DNA of 64,000 nucleotides from the human T2T-CHM13v2.0 reference genome, Homo sapiens. The position numbers were made by a program, and so were the translations under genes. The notes under the pieces are model-generated. The model saw only the letters and a list, made by a program, of their open reading frames with translations, was not told the origin of the DNA and did no database searches. The stretch lies in the NCBI GenBank assembly GCA_009914755.4, contig CP068257.2:2688001-2752000 (forward strand), given 5' to 3'. Positions 1 to 16,537 of the stretch are shown here, piece by piece (within the stretch, counting starts at the first letter, position 1; each line of letters starts with the position of its first letter).

Positions 1-680
1 CTCTTATCCCTGACTGTATGAGATCCCTCAGGTCTTCCTGCCTGTGGCCATGCCTAATTTATATCCTTCCTAAAATGTGACGTGATCATGTCACTGCCTT
101 GCTTAGAAGCCCTGCACTGGCGTCCAACACGTGCAGAATCAAATGCTTGCTGTTTAACATGGTCTACCCAGTCCTCCAGATTCTGGCTTCCAGTTATTTT
201 CTCAGCCTCAAAAAAACACCTCACTCTCCAAACATATCAAATAGCTTGTGCCCTCCTGCCTCCCATTCACACCTCCATTCCTTCCCCTCTACCTGGATGC
301 TCCTCCCTTCATCCGCCCCCCCGCTGTAAGTTCCCATGGATTGACTGGTGCTTGAGTGTTTTATTGTACTTTGGACCTCCCGTCTCTCACTCCTGGCTTC
401 TGTCTGTCTACCTGTCTTGACCGGCCACTTGAATTGCCTCTGGCTTATCTGCCTCATTCTGGTCGACAGTGTTATTTGTTAGCTTCATATCTACTGGTTT
501 TCTCAATTATTTCTCAGCCTCCCCACACCAGGCTCCTTGCCCCGTATTTATAAGCTGCTATTGGCTTGAGGGTGACTGTGTCTTTCTAATAAAACTATTT
601 TATAGACTGATAGTTACAAGGGTATAGTAGAACAGAAATGAATCTACCTTTGAGTGTATTTCAACATATCTAGTGATCCA

Positions 681-712
681 TGAATATTTCTTATTATTAT
701 CATTATTGTTAT
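681..712. repeat. Short AT-rich low-complexity tract of the (TTATT)n/(TTATC)n type
   Basis: The sequence is ttattattatcattattgttatttttaaat. Confidence 0.5.
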
Positions 713-1482
713 TTTTAAATAGACAATCAGGAAGGCAGAGTTTAGGCCACCAATGTAAACTTAGGCTTTCATCTTCATGAAGATATTTGGGATCACTGCA
801 AGTATTCTGAATTTTAAATGGCATTCAATCATTTGATAAAATAGAAATTTTGTTACTCTGAACTGGGTAGTGTTTCAGCAACTGGCTACTGTGTCATTAT
901 TTCTATAAATTCAAAATGTAGAAGGAACATTTACCTTTTAACAAGGGAGTATCCCAGGTCTCAGTTCTCAACCGTTTTTCTAGGTGCACTCATGCCTCTA
1001 TGATCTCATGAAGCCCAATAGCATTAAATTCTATGTATATGTGCATGGTCCATGAACACATATTTCCAGCTCCTACCTCTCCTCTAAAATTTAGACTCAT
1101 ATCTAATTATCTACCAATTATCACCACTTGGAAGACTAACAGACAACTCAACTATCACACATCCATAAAGGGATTCTTGATCCTTCACCTTCAACCCCTG
1201 GGCCCAACACTCCTCAGTCGTCTCCGTCTCAGTAAATAGCACCTCCAGCGTACCAGCCGTTAGGACAGTAAACTTGCCTTGACCCCACTTTGTTTCTTGC
1301 ACCTCGTATCAGCATACACTGTTGAACTGTATTAAGAATCTGAGCTTCCCTTGCCACACCCATTGTGTACAACCTGCTTCACTTTACGTCATTGCTTTCA
1401 TGGATTACCAAAATAGCCTCCTAACTCCTTTCCCACTTTCTCTTTCTCCTTGTACTTTGTTCTTCACTGAGCACCAGAGTAA

Positions 1483-1737
<255 letters not shown>

Positions 1738-1986
1738 AGAGTAAGTCTTTTTAAAGCATAAGGAAAATAATGTTTTCATCTGCTTAAAACCTTCCATGGC
1801 TAGGAATGTTTTAAACCATCTTGTCCCCTGACACTTCTCTGATGTCTAGTCCAATCAGTCTCTCCTGTATTATTGCAATCTTCAAAGACACCAGACAGAT
1901 GTGCTTCTGCCTCAGGGCCTTTGCATGTGTGGTCCCCTTTGCCTGGAATGCTTTCTCATCAGGAATCAGGATGGCTTACTTCCTCT

Positions 1987-4351
<2,365 letters not shown>

Positions 4352-7059
4352 TGAGAACATAGCAGGAGTGTTTTGGAATCCTACGAGAGGGAAAAACAAT
4401 CAGACCCTTGTGGCAGTGTTCTGGAATCCCATGTGAGGTACAAACATTAAGCCCACAACAGGGGTGTTCTGCAGTCCTGCGTGAGGGACAAACTTTCTGA
4501 CCCAAGCAGCAGTGTTCTGGAATCCTATATGAGGGACAAACATTCAAACAGCTGTGGGAGTGTTCTGGAATCCCATGTTAGGGACAAACATTAAGACCCT
4601 CGTCGCAGTGTTCTGGAATTCTATGTGAGTGACAAACACTCAGAACCCGGCAACAGTGTTCTGGAATCCTATGTGACGGGCATACATGTAGACCCCAGAA
4701 GCAGTGTTCTGGAATCCTATGTGAAGAACAAACATTCAGACAATTGTAGCAGTGTTCTTTAATTCCATTTGAGGGACAAACATTCAGACCCTCATAGTAT
4801 TGTTCTGGAATCCTACGTGAGCGACAAACATTCAGACAATCGTAGCAGTGTTCTGGGATACTATGTGTGGGACAAACATTCAGACACCAGCAGCAGTGTT
4901 CTGGAATCCTATGTGAGGGACAAAGATTCAGACCCTCAAAGAAGTGTTCTGGAATCCTATGTGAGTGACAAACATTCAGACAATCGTAGCAGTGTCCCGG
5001 AATACTATGTGTGGGACAAACAACCAGACACCAGCGGTAGTGTTCTTGAATCCTATGTTATGGACAAACATTCAGACCCTTATCACAGTGTTCTGGAATT
5101 CCATGTGAGGGAGAAACACTTATAACCCAGCAGCAGTGTTCTGGAATCCTATGTGACGGACATACATATAGACCCCAGAAGAAGTGTTCTGGAATCCTAT
5201 GTGAGGGACAATCATTCAGACCCTTGTAGCAGTGTTCTGGAATTCTGTGTGAGGGACAAACATTCTGGCCACAGCAGGACTGTTCTGGAATCCGCTATGA
5301 GGAACAAACATTCAGGACCTTGTAGCAGTGTAGTGGAATCAGATGTGACTGACAAATATTTAGACCCCAGAAGCAGTGTTCTGGAGTCCTGTGTGAGGGA
5401 CAAACATTCAGAACCTCTTAGCAGTGTTCTGGAATCCTAAGTGAGAGACAAACACTCAGAACACAGCAGCAGTGTTCTGGTACCCTATGTGAGGAACAAA
5501 CATTCAGATCACAGCAGGATTGTTATGGAATCCTATGTGAGGGACAAACACTCAGAACACAGCTGGAGTGTTTTGCAATGTTATGTGAGACACAAATATT
5601 CAGACCCTCGTAGCAGTGTTCTGGAATCCTATGTGAGGGACAAACATTCAGACCCCAGCAGCAGTGTTCTGGAATCCTATGTGAGGGAAAAACATTCAAA
5701 CCCTCGTAGCAGTGTTGGGGAATCCTATGTGAGGGAAAAACTTTCAAAGAGTCGTAGCAGTGTTCTGGAATCCTATGTTACGGACAAACGTTCAGACTCT
5801 CGTTGCAGTGTTCTGGAATTCTATGTGAGGGACAAACACTCAGAATCCAGCAGAAGTGTTCTGGAATCCGGTGTGATGGACATACATGTAGACCCCAGCA
5901 GCAGTGTTCTGGAATCCTATGTGAGGGACAATCATTCAGAAACTCGTAGCAGTGTTCTGGAATTCTGTTTGAGGGACAAACGTTCAAACCCTCGTAGCAG
6001 TGTTCTGGAAACCTGTGTGAGGGACAAACATTGAGACTACATCAGGAGTGATCTGGAATCCCCTTTGAGGAACAAGTGTTCATACTCTCTTATTAGTGTT
6101 CTGCAATTCTATGTGAAGAACAAAAATTTAGACCCCAGCAGCAGTGTTCTGTAATCTTATGTGAGGCACAATCATCCAGACCCTCATTGCAGTGTACTGG
6201 AATCCTATATGAGGGATAAACAATCGTAGCAGTGTTCTGGAATTCTTTGAGTGGGACAAACATTCAGAACCCAGGAGCAGTGTTCTGGAAACTTAAGTGA
6301 GTAACAAACATTCAGACCACGGCTGGTTTGTTCTGGAATCCCCTGTGAGGGACAAACATTCAGACCACTGCAGGATTGTTCAGGAATCCTATCTGAGGGA
6401 CAAACATGCAGACCCTCACAGCAGTGTTCTGGAATCCTATATGAGGAATAAGCATTCAGACCATCGTAGCAGTGTTCTGGAATTCTGTGTGAGAGACAAA
6501 CATTCAGACCCAAGAAGCAGTATTCTGCAATCCTACGTGAGAGAAAAACATTCTAACAACAGCTGGAGTGTTCTGGAATCCTATGTTACGGACAAACATT
6601 AGACCCCCGTCGCAGTCTTCTGCAAATCTATATGAGGGAGAAACACTCAGAACCCAGCAGTAGTGTTCTGGAATCCTATGTGACTGACATACATGTAGAC
6701 CCAGCAGTAGCGTTCTGGAATCCTATGGGAAGGAAAAACATTCAGACCCCAGCATCAGTGTTCTGCAATCCTATGGGAGGGACAATCATTCAGACCCTCG
6801 TAGCAGTGTGCAGGAATTCTGTGTGAGAATCAAACCTTCAGACCCTCATAGCAGTGTTCTGGAATCGTATGTGAGGAACAAACATTCAGACCCTCATAGG
6901 AGTGTTCTGGAATCCTGTGTGAGGTACAATCATTCAGACCCTCGTCACAGTGTTCTGTAATTCTATGTGAGGGAGAAACACTCAGAACCCAGGGGCAGGG
7001 TTCTGTAATCCTATGTGAGGGACAAACATTCAGACCTCAGCAGCGGTGTCTGGAATGCT

Positions 7060-10000
7060 ATGTGAGGGAAAATCATTCAGACCCTCATAGCAGTGTTCTG
7101 GAATTCTGTGTGAGGGACAAAAATTCAGATCCTCATAGCAGTGTTCTGGAATCCTGTGTGAGGGACAAACATTGACAACACAACAGGATTGTTCTGGAAT
7201 CCCCTGTAAGGAACAAACATTCAGAACCTCGTGGCAGTGTTCTGGAATCCTATGTGACGGACAAACACTTAGACCCCAACAGCAGTGTTCTGGAATGCTA
7301 TGTGAGGGACAAACATTCAGACCCTTCCGGTAGTGTTATGAAATCCTATGTGAGGAAAAAACACTCAGAACCCAGCAGCAGTGTTCTGGAACCCTATGTG
7401 AGGGAACAACTTTCAGACCACAGCAGGATTGTTCTGGAATCCTGTGTAAGGGATAAACACTCAGAGCATGGCAGGAGTGTTTTGGAATCCTATGTGAGGG
7501 ACAAACATTCAGACCCTAGTTGCAGTGTTCTGGAATCCAATGTGAGTGTCAAACAGTCAAACAACAGGGGTAGTGTTCCATAATCCTATGTTACAGACAA
7601 ACATTCAGACCCTCGTTGCAGTATTCAGGAATCCTATGTTAGGGAAACACATTCAGACCCTCGTAGCACTGATCTGGAATCCTATGTGAGTGACAAACAT
7701 TCAGACAATCATAGCAGTATTCTGGAATCCTCTGTGAGGGACAAACACCCAGACCCTCGTAGGATTTTTCTGGAATCCTATGTGAGGGACAAACATTCAG
7801 ATAATCGTAGCAGTGTTCTGGAATCCTATGTGAGGAACATTCAGACCCCAGTAGCAGTGTTCTGGAATCCTATGTGAGGGACAAACATTCAAACAATAGC
7901 GAGAGTGTTCTGGAATGTTACGTTATGGAGAAACATTCAGACCCTCTTAGCAGTATTCTGGAATTCTATGTGAGGGAGAAACATTCACAACCCAGCAGCA
8001 GTGATCTGGAATCCTGTGTGACGGCCATACATGTAGACCCCAGCAGCAGTGTTCTGGAATCCTATGTGAGGGACAAACATTCAGACCCTAGCAGCAGTGT
8101 TTTGGAATCCTATGTGTGTGACAAATATTCAGACCCTTGTAGCAGTGTTCCGGAATCCTATGTGAGGGACAGACACTGAGAATCTAGCAGCAGTGTTCTG
8201 CAACCCTATGTGAGGTACAGACATTCAGACTACAGCAGGAGTGTTCTGGAATCCTATGTGAGTGACAAACACTCAGACCCCAGTAGCAGTGTTCTGGAAT
8301 CCTGTGTGAGGAACAAACATTCAAACAACAGCGAGAGTGTTCTGGAATGCTACGTTACGGAGAAACATTCAGACCCTTGTCGCAGTTTTCTGGAATTCTA
8401 TGTAAGGGAGAAACACTCAGAATCCAGCAGCAGTGATCTGAAATCCTATGTGACAGCCATACATGTAGACCCCAGCAGCAGTGTTCTGTAGTCCTATGTG
8501 GGGGGCAAACATTCAGACGACAGCAGCAGTGTTCTGCAGTCCTCTGTGAGGGACAAACATTCAGACCCTAGGAGCAGTGTTTTGGAATCCTATGTGTGTG
8601 ACAAATATTCAGACCCTTGTAGCAGTGTTCCAGAATCCTATGTGAGGGACAAACACAGAGAATCTGGCAGCAGTGTTCTGCAACCCTATGTGATGGACAA
8701 ACTTTCAGACAGTCGTTCAGTGTTCTGGAATCCTACGTGAGGAATGAACATTCCGACGCTCGTATCACTGTTTCGGATCCCAAGTGACGGAGAAACATTC
8801 AGACCACAGCAGAGTGTTCTGGAATCCACAGTGAAGGACAAACTTTCAGACCCTCTTTGCAGTGTTCTGGAATCCTACAGAGTGACAAACATTCAGACAA
8901 TCGTAGCAGTGTTCTGGAATCCTCTGTAAGGAAAAGTCTTTCAGACTCAAGCAGCAGTGTTCTGGAATCCTATGTGAGGGACAAACATTCAAACAACAGC
9001 GGGAGTCTTCTGGAAGCCTATGTTACCGACAGACATTCAGATCCCGTCGCAGTCTTCTGGAATTCTATGTGAGGGATGAGCACTCAGAATCCTGCAGCAT
9101 TGTTCTGGGATCCCATGTGACAGAAATACATATAGACCCATGCAGCCGTGTTCTGGAATCCTATGTGAGGGACAAACATTCAGAACCCAGAAACAGTGTT
9201 CTGGAGTCCCATGTGAGGGACAATCATTCAGACCATCGTAACTGTGTTCTGGAATTCTGTGTGAGGGACAAACATTCAGACCCTTGTAGCAGTGTTCTGG
9301 AATCCTGTGTGAGGGACACACATTCAGAACACAGCAGGAGGTTTCTGAAATCCCCTGTGAGGAGCAAATATTCAGAATCTCGTATCAGTGTTCTGGAATC
9401 CTATGTGATGGACATACCTGTGGACCCCAGCAACAGTGTTCTGGAATCCTACGTGAGGGACAATCATTCAGACCCTCATAGCAGTGTTCTGGAATTCTGT
9501 GTGAGGGACAAAAATTCAGATCCTCACAGCAGTGTTCTGGAATCCTGTGTGAGGGACAAACATTGACAACACAACAGGATTGTTCTGGAATCCCCTGTAA
9601 GGAACAAACATTCAGAACCTCGTGGCAGTGTTCTGGAATCCTATGTGACGGACAAACACTTAGACCCCAACAGCAGTGTTCTGGAATGCTATGTGAGGAA
9701 CAAACATTCAGACCCTTCCGGTAGTGTTATGAAATCCTATGTGAGGAAAAAACACTCAGAACCCAGCAGCAGTGTTCTGGAACCCTATGTAAGGGAACAA
9801 CTTTCAGACCACAGCAGGATTGTTCTGGCATCCTGTGTAAGGGATAAACACTCAGAGCATGGCAGGAGTGTTTTGGAATCCTATGTGAGGGACAAACATT
9901 CAGACCCTAGTTGCAGTGTTCTGGAATCTAATGTGAGGGACAAACATTGAAACAACAGGGGTAGTTTTCCGTAATCCTATGTTACAGACAAACATTTAGA

Positions 10001-13000
10001 CCCTCGTTGCAGTATTCAGGAATCTTAAGTTAGGGAAAAACATTCAGAACCTCATAGCACTGCTCTGGAATCCTATGTGAGTGACAAACATTCAGACAAT
10101 CATAATAGTGTTCTGGAATCCTCTGTGAGGGACAAACATCCAGACACTTGTAGAGGATTCTTCTGGAATCCTATATGAGGGACAAACATTCAGACAATCG
10201 TAACAGTGTTCTGGAATCCTATGGGAGGGACAAAAACTCCGCCCCCAGTAGCAGTGCACTGGAATCCTATGTGAGGGACAAACATTCAAACAACAGCAAG
10301 ATTGTTGTGGGATGCTACGTTACAGAGAAACATTATGACCCTCGTCGCAGTGTTCTGGAATTCTATGTGAGGGAGAAACATACAGAACCCAGCAGCAGTG
10401 ATCTGGAATCCTATGTGACGGCCATACATGTAGACCCCAGCAGCAGTGTTCTGGAATCCTATGTGAGGGACAAACATTCAGACCCTAGCAGCAGTGTTTT
10501 GGAATCCTATGTGTGTGACAAATATTCAGACCCTTGTAGCAGTGTTCCGGAATCCTATGTGAGGGACAAACACTGAGAATCTAGCAGCAGTGTTCTGCAA
10601 CCCTATGTGAGGGACAGACCTTCAGACCACAGCAGGAGTGTTCTGGAATCCTATGTGAGGGACAATCACTCAGACAATCGTAGCAGTGTTGGGGAATCCT
10701 AAGTGAGGGACGAAAATTCAGACCATCGTATCACTGTTCTGGATCCGAAGTGAGGGATAAATATTCAGACCACAGCAGAGTGTTCTGGAATCCACAGTGA
10801 GGGACAAACTTTCAGACCTTCTTTGCAGTGTTCTGGAATCCTACAGAGTGACAAACATTCAGACAATCGTAACAGTGTTCTGGAATCCTGTGTGAAGGAA
10901 AAACCTTCAGACTCAAGCAGCAGTGTTCTGGAATTCTATGTGAGAAACAAACATTCAAACAACAGCGGGAGTCTTCTGCAATCCTATGTTACGGACAAAC
11001 ATTCAGACCCTCGTCGCAGTTTTCTGGAGTTCTATGTGAGGGAGGAAGACTCAGAATCCTGCAGCATTGTTCTGGAATCCCATGTGACAGACATACATGT
11101 AGAGCCCTGCAGCCATCTTCTGGAATCCTACGTGAGGGACAAACATTCAGAACCCAGCAACAGTGTTCTGGAGTCCCATGTGAGGGACAATCATTCAGAC
11201 CATTATAGCAGTGTTCTGGAATTCTGTGTGAGGGACAAACATTCTGACCCTTGTAGCTGTGTTCTGGAATCCTGTGTGAGGGACAAACATTCAGAACACA
11301 GCAGGAGGTTTCTGGAATCCCCTGTGAGGAGCAAATATTCAGAACCTCGTATCAGTGTTCTGGAATCCTATGTGATGGACGTACCTGTAGACCCCAGCAG
11401 CAGTGTTCTGGAATCCTACGTGAGGGACAATCATTCAAACCCTCATAGCAGTGTTCTGGAATCCTATGTGATGGACAAACATTTAGACGCCAGCAGCAGT
11501 ATTCTGGAATCCTAGGTTTGGGACAAACACTGAGAACCTACTAGCAGTGTTCTGGAACCATATGAGAGGGACCAACGTTGAGACCCTCATAGGAGTGTTC
11601 TGGAATCCTGTGTGATGGATAAATATTCACAACACAAGAGGAGTGTTCTGGAATCCCCAGTAAGGAACAAACATTCAGAACCTCGTGGCAGTGTTCTGGA
11701 ATCCTATGTGAAGGACAAACATTCAAACTACAGCGAGAGTGTTCCGGAATACTACTTTATGGAGAAACATTCAGGCTCTCGTCGCAGTGTTCTGGAATTC
11801 TATGTGAGGGAGATACATTCAGAACCCAGCAGCAGTGATCTGGAATCCTATGTGACAGCCATACATGTAGACCCCAGTAGCAGTGTTCTGGAATCCTGTG
11901 TGAGGGACAAACACTGAGACCCCAGCAGCAGTGTTTTGGAATCCTATGTGTGTGACAAATATTCAGACCCTTGTAGCAGTGTTCCAGAATCCTATGTGAG
12001 GGACAAACACTGACAATCTAGAAACAGTGTTCTGCAATCCTATAAGAGGGACAGACATTCAGACCACAACAGGAGTGTTCTGGAATCCTATGTGAGGGAC
12101 AAACATTCAGACCCTCGTATCACTGTTCTGGATCCTAAGTGAGGGACAAACTTTCAGACAATCGTAGCAGTGTTCTAGAGTCCTAAGAGAGGAACGAACA
12201 TTCAGACCCTCGTATCACTGTTCTGGATCCTAAGTGAGGGACAAACATTCAGACCACAGCAGAGTGTTTTGGAATCCACAGTGAGAGACAAACTTTCAGA
12301 CCCTCGTTGCAGTGTTCTGGAATCCTATGGAGTGACAAACATTCAGACAATCATAGCAGTGTTCTGGAATCCTGTGTGAAGAAAAAACTTTCAGACTCAA
12401 GCAGCAGTGTTCTGGAATCCTATGTGAGGGACAAACATTCAAGCAACAGCGGGAGTCTTCTGGAATCCTACGTGAGGGACAAACATTCAAACAACAGCGG
12501 GAGTCTTCTGGAATCCTATGTTATGGACAAACATTCAGATCCTCGTCGCAGTCTTCTGGAATTCTTTGTGAGGGAGGAACACTCAGAATCCTGCAGCATT
12601 GTTCTGGAATACCATGTGACGGACATACCTGTAGAACCCTGAAGCCGTGTCATGGAATCCTATGTGAGGGACAAACATTCAGAACCCAGCAGCAGTGTTC
12701 TGGAGTCCCATGTGAGGGACAATCATTCAGACCATCGTAGCAGTGTTCTGGAATTCTGTGTGAGGGACAAACCTTCAGACCCTTGTAGCAGTGTTCTGGA
12801 ATCCTAAGTGACGGACAAACATTTAGACCTCAGCAAAAGTATTCCGGAATCCTATGTGAGTTACAAACATTGAAACAACAGCGGGAGTGTTCTGGAATCC
12901 TTTATTGCAAACAAACTTTCAGAACCTCGTCGCAGTGCTCTGGAGTTCTATGTGAGGGAGAAAGACTCAGAACCCAGCAGCAGTGCTCCGGAATCCTATG
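7060..13000. repeat. Higher-order repeat domain: three tandem copies of a roughly 2.0-2.4 kb multimer (about 41-50 monomers) with whole-monomer-block indels
   Basis: Near-identical segments recur at 7060-8300 and 9455-10700, an offset of 2391 bp. For example, ORF 7254-7583 and ORF 9645-9950 encode almost the same peptide. The block ...SPVRNKHSEPRGSVLESYV(T/K)DKH recurs at about 7210, 9600 and 11650. The block QCSGIL(Q/W)SDKHSDN(R/H) recurs at 8857, 10823 and 12307. The block ...[50 protein letters not shown](K/R)H* recurs at about 7990, 8420, 10390 and 11820. Confidence 0.8.
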
Positions 13001-16000
13001 TGACAGACACACATGTATACCCCAGCAGCAGTGGTATGGAATCCTATGTGAGGGACAAACATTCAGACCAAGACAGCATTGTTATGGAAAACTATGTGAG
13101 GAAAAATCATTCAGACTCTCATAGCAGTGTTCTGGGATTCTGTGTGAGGAACAAACATTGAGACCCTCGAATGTGTGTTCTGGAATCCTATGTGAGGGGA
13201 AAACATTCAGGCCACGGTAGCAGTGTTCTGGAATCCTATGTGAGAGACAAACATTCAGAAACTCATAGCAGTGTTCCGGAATCCCATGTGAGGGACAACC
13301 AGTCTGACAATCGTAGAAGTGTTCTGGAATCCTACATGACTGTCATACATGTAGACCCCAGCAGCAGTGTTCTGGAATCCTATGTGAGAGACAAACATTC
13401 AGACTCCAGCAGCAGTGTTTTGGCATCCTATGTGAGGGACAATCATTCAGACCCTCTTAGCAGTGTTCTGGAATTATGAGTGAGGGACAAACATTCAGAC
13501 GCCTGCAGCAGTGTTCTGGAATCCTGTGTGAGGGACAAACATTCAGACCACAGCAGGATTGTTCTGGAATCCGATGTGAGGAAAAATCTTTCAGACCCTC
13601 TTAACATTGTTCAGGAATCCCATGTGAGGGACAAACATTGAGACCACAGCAGTAGTGTTCTTTAATCCTATGTGAGGGACAAATATTCAGACCCTCATAG
13701 CAGTGTTCTGGAATCCTATGTGAGGGACAAACATTGAGAGAATCGTGGCAGTGTTCTGGAATCCTACGTGAGGGAGAAACATTCAGACCGCAGCAGCTGT
13801 GTTCTGGAATCCTATGTAAGGGACAATCATTCAGACCCTCATAGCAGTGTTCTGGAATTCTGTGTGATTGACAAAGTTTCAGAACCTCGTAGCAGTGTTC
13901 TGGAATCCTATATGAGGGACACACATTCAGATCCCAGCAGCAGTGTTCTGGAATCCTATTTGAGGGACAATCATTCAGATCCTCATAGCAGTGTTCTGGA
14001 TTCTGGGTCAGGGACAAACGTTCATACCCTCGTGTCATTATTCTGGAATCCTGTGTGAGGAAAAAACATTCAGACAACAGCAGGATTGTTGTGGAATGCC
14101 CGGTGAGGAACAAACATTCAGACCCTCGTAGCAGTGTTCTGGAATCCTATGTGACTGACAAACATTTAGACAACAGCAGCAGTGTTCTGGAATCCTATGT
14201 GAGGGACAATCATTCAAACAACAGCGGGAGTGTTCTGGAATCCTATGTTTAGGAAAATCATTCAGACCCTCGTCGCAGTGTACTGGAATTCTATGTGAGG
14301 GCAAACATTCAGACCACAGCAGTAGTGTTCTGGTATCCTACGTGAGGGACAAACATTCAGACCCTCATAGAAGTGTTCAGGAATCCTATGTGAGGAACAA
14401 ACATTCAGACCACAGCAGGAGTGTTCTGCAATCCCCTGTGAGGAAGAAACATTCATACCCTCGTAATGGTCTTCTGGAATCCTATGTGATGGGCAAACAT
14501 TTAGATCACAGCAGCAGTGTCCTGGAATCCTATGTGAGGGACAATCATTCAGACACTCGTAACATTGTTCTGGAATCCTAAGTGAGGGACAAAAATTCAG
14601 ACAATCCTAGCAGTGTTCTGGAAACCTATGTGTGGGCCAAACATTCGGACCCCAGGGACAGTGTTCTGCAATCCTATGTGAGGGAAAAACATTCAAACAA
14701 CTGCGGGATTGTTCTGACATCCTATATTATGGACAAAGATTCCGACACTCTTCACAGTGATCTGGAGTTATATGTGAGTGAGAAACACTCAGATCCCAGC
14801 AGCAGTGTTCTAGAATCCCATGTGATGGACATACATGTAGACCCCAGCGGAAGTGTTCCAGAATCCTATGTGAGAGACAAAGATTCAGACCCGAGAAGCA
14901 GTGTTCTGCAATCCTATGTGAGTGACAATCATTCAGAAATTCGTAACAGTGTTCTGGAATTCTGTGTGTGGGAGAATCATTCAGTCCCTCATAGCAGTGT
15001 TCTGGAATTCTGTGTGAGGGAAAAACATTCAGACCCTCGTAGCAGTGTTCTGAAATCCTTTGTGAGGGACATTCAGACAACAGCAGTAGTGTTCTGGAAT
15101 CCTCTGTGAGGAACAAACGTTTAGACAGTCGTAGCAGTGTTCTGGAATCCTACGTGACAAACTTTTAGACCCCAGCAGCAGTGTTCTGGAATCCTATGCG
15201 AGGGACAAACATTCAGACAATGGTAACAGTGTTCTGGAATCCTATGTGAGGGACAAACACTCAAAACCCAGCAGCAGTATTCTTGAATGCTATGTGAGGG
15301 ACAAACTTTCAGACCACAGCAGGAGTGTTCTGGAATCCTATGTGAGGGACAATCATACAGACCCTCGTAGCAGTGTTCTGGAATTCTGTGTGAGAGACAA
15401 ACATTCAGACCCTCGTAGCGGTGTTCTGGAATCCAATGTGACGGACAAAAATTCAGACCACCACAGGAGTGTTCTGGAATCCTCTGTGAGGGAGAAACAT
15501 TCAGAACCTAGTAGCAGTGTTCTGGAATCCTATGTGAGGAATAAACACTCGGAACCAAGCAGCAGTGTTCTGGAAAACTATGTAATAGACAAACATTCAG
15601 ACCAGAGTAGGATTGCTCTGGAATCCTATGTGTTGGACACACATTCAGAACACAGCAGGAGTGTTTTGGAATCCTATGTGAGGGACAAACATACAGACCC
15701 TCGTAGCAGTGTTCTGGAATCCAATGTGATTGACAAATATTCAGAACACAGCAGGAGTGTTTTGGAATCCTATGTGAGGGACAAACATACAGACCCTTGT
15801 AGCAGTGTTCTGGAATCCAATGTGATTGACAAATATTCAGACCACAGCAAGAGTGTTGTGGAAACTACTGTGAGGAACAAACATTGAGATCCACGTAGCA
15901 GTGTTCTGGAATCCTATGTGAGGGACAAACATTTAGACTCCAGCAGGAGTGTTCTGGAATCCCAAGTGTGGTACGAACATTCAGACCATCGTAGCCGTGT

Positions 16001-16531
16001 TCTGATACTCTATGTGAAGGACAAACTTTCAGACAATAGTAGGAGTGTTCTGGTATCCTAAGTGAGGGACAAACATAAGAGCCCAGCAGCAGTGTTCTGG
16101 AATCCTATGTGATGGACAATCATTCCGAACCTCGTAGCAGTGTTCTGGAATTCTCTTTGAGGGACAAATATTCAGACACTCGTAGTAGTATTCTGGAATC
16201 CTGTGTGAGGGACAAACATTCAGACGACAGCAGGAGTGTTCTGGAATACCTCGTGAGAAACGAACATGCAGACCCTCGTAGCAGTGTTCTGGAATCCTTT
16301 GTGACAGAAAAACATTTTTACCCCAGCGGTAGTGTTCTGGAATCCTACGTGAGGGACAATCATTCAGACCCTCGTAGCAGTGTTCTGGAACCCTATGTGA
16401 GGGACAAATACTCAGACCCCAGCAGTAGTGTTTTCGAATCATATGTGTGGGACAAACATTGAAACAACAGCACTAGTGTCCTGGAATCATATGTTTCATG
16501 CAAACATTCAGACCCTCGTTGCAATGCTCTG

Positions 16532-16537
16532 GAATTC
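16532..16537 (+). repeat. Target-site duplication GAATTC (5' copy) of the HERV-K LTR insertion
   Basis: gaattc lies immediately upstream of the LTR start tgtgggg at 16538. An identical hexamer lies immediately downstream of the LTR at 17507-17512. The two copies together reconstitute a single satellite monomer, tctggaattctatgtgagg. Confidence 0.9.

Noticed and set aside
82-553. Small ORFs (112, 76, 78 and 65 aa) in the 5' non-satellite flank. The 112-aa one has a proline- and serine-rich low-complexity translation.
   Set aside because: I recognise no domains. They overlap one another on both strands and there is no splice or Kozak evidence. They are most likely chance ORFs in old interspersed-repeat or intergenic DNA. 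I could not classify 1-1474 to a repeat family from sequence alone.
12100-12250. Monomers carrying GGATCC (BamHI) in place of GGAATCC (...tcactgttctggatcc[tc]aagtgagg...), recurring at about 8760, 10735, 12125 and 12215. I considered these a possible separate inserted element.
   Set aside because: They are ordinary monomer variants, a 1-bp deletion plus substitutions. Their recurrence simply tracks the 7-13 kb higher-order repeat, so they are covered by that finding.
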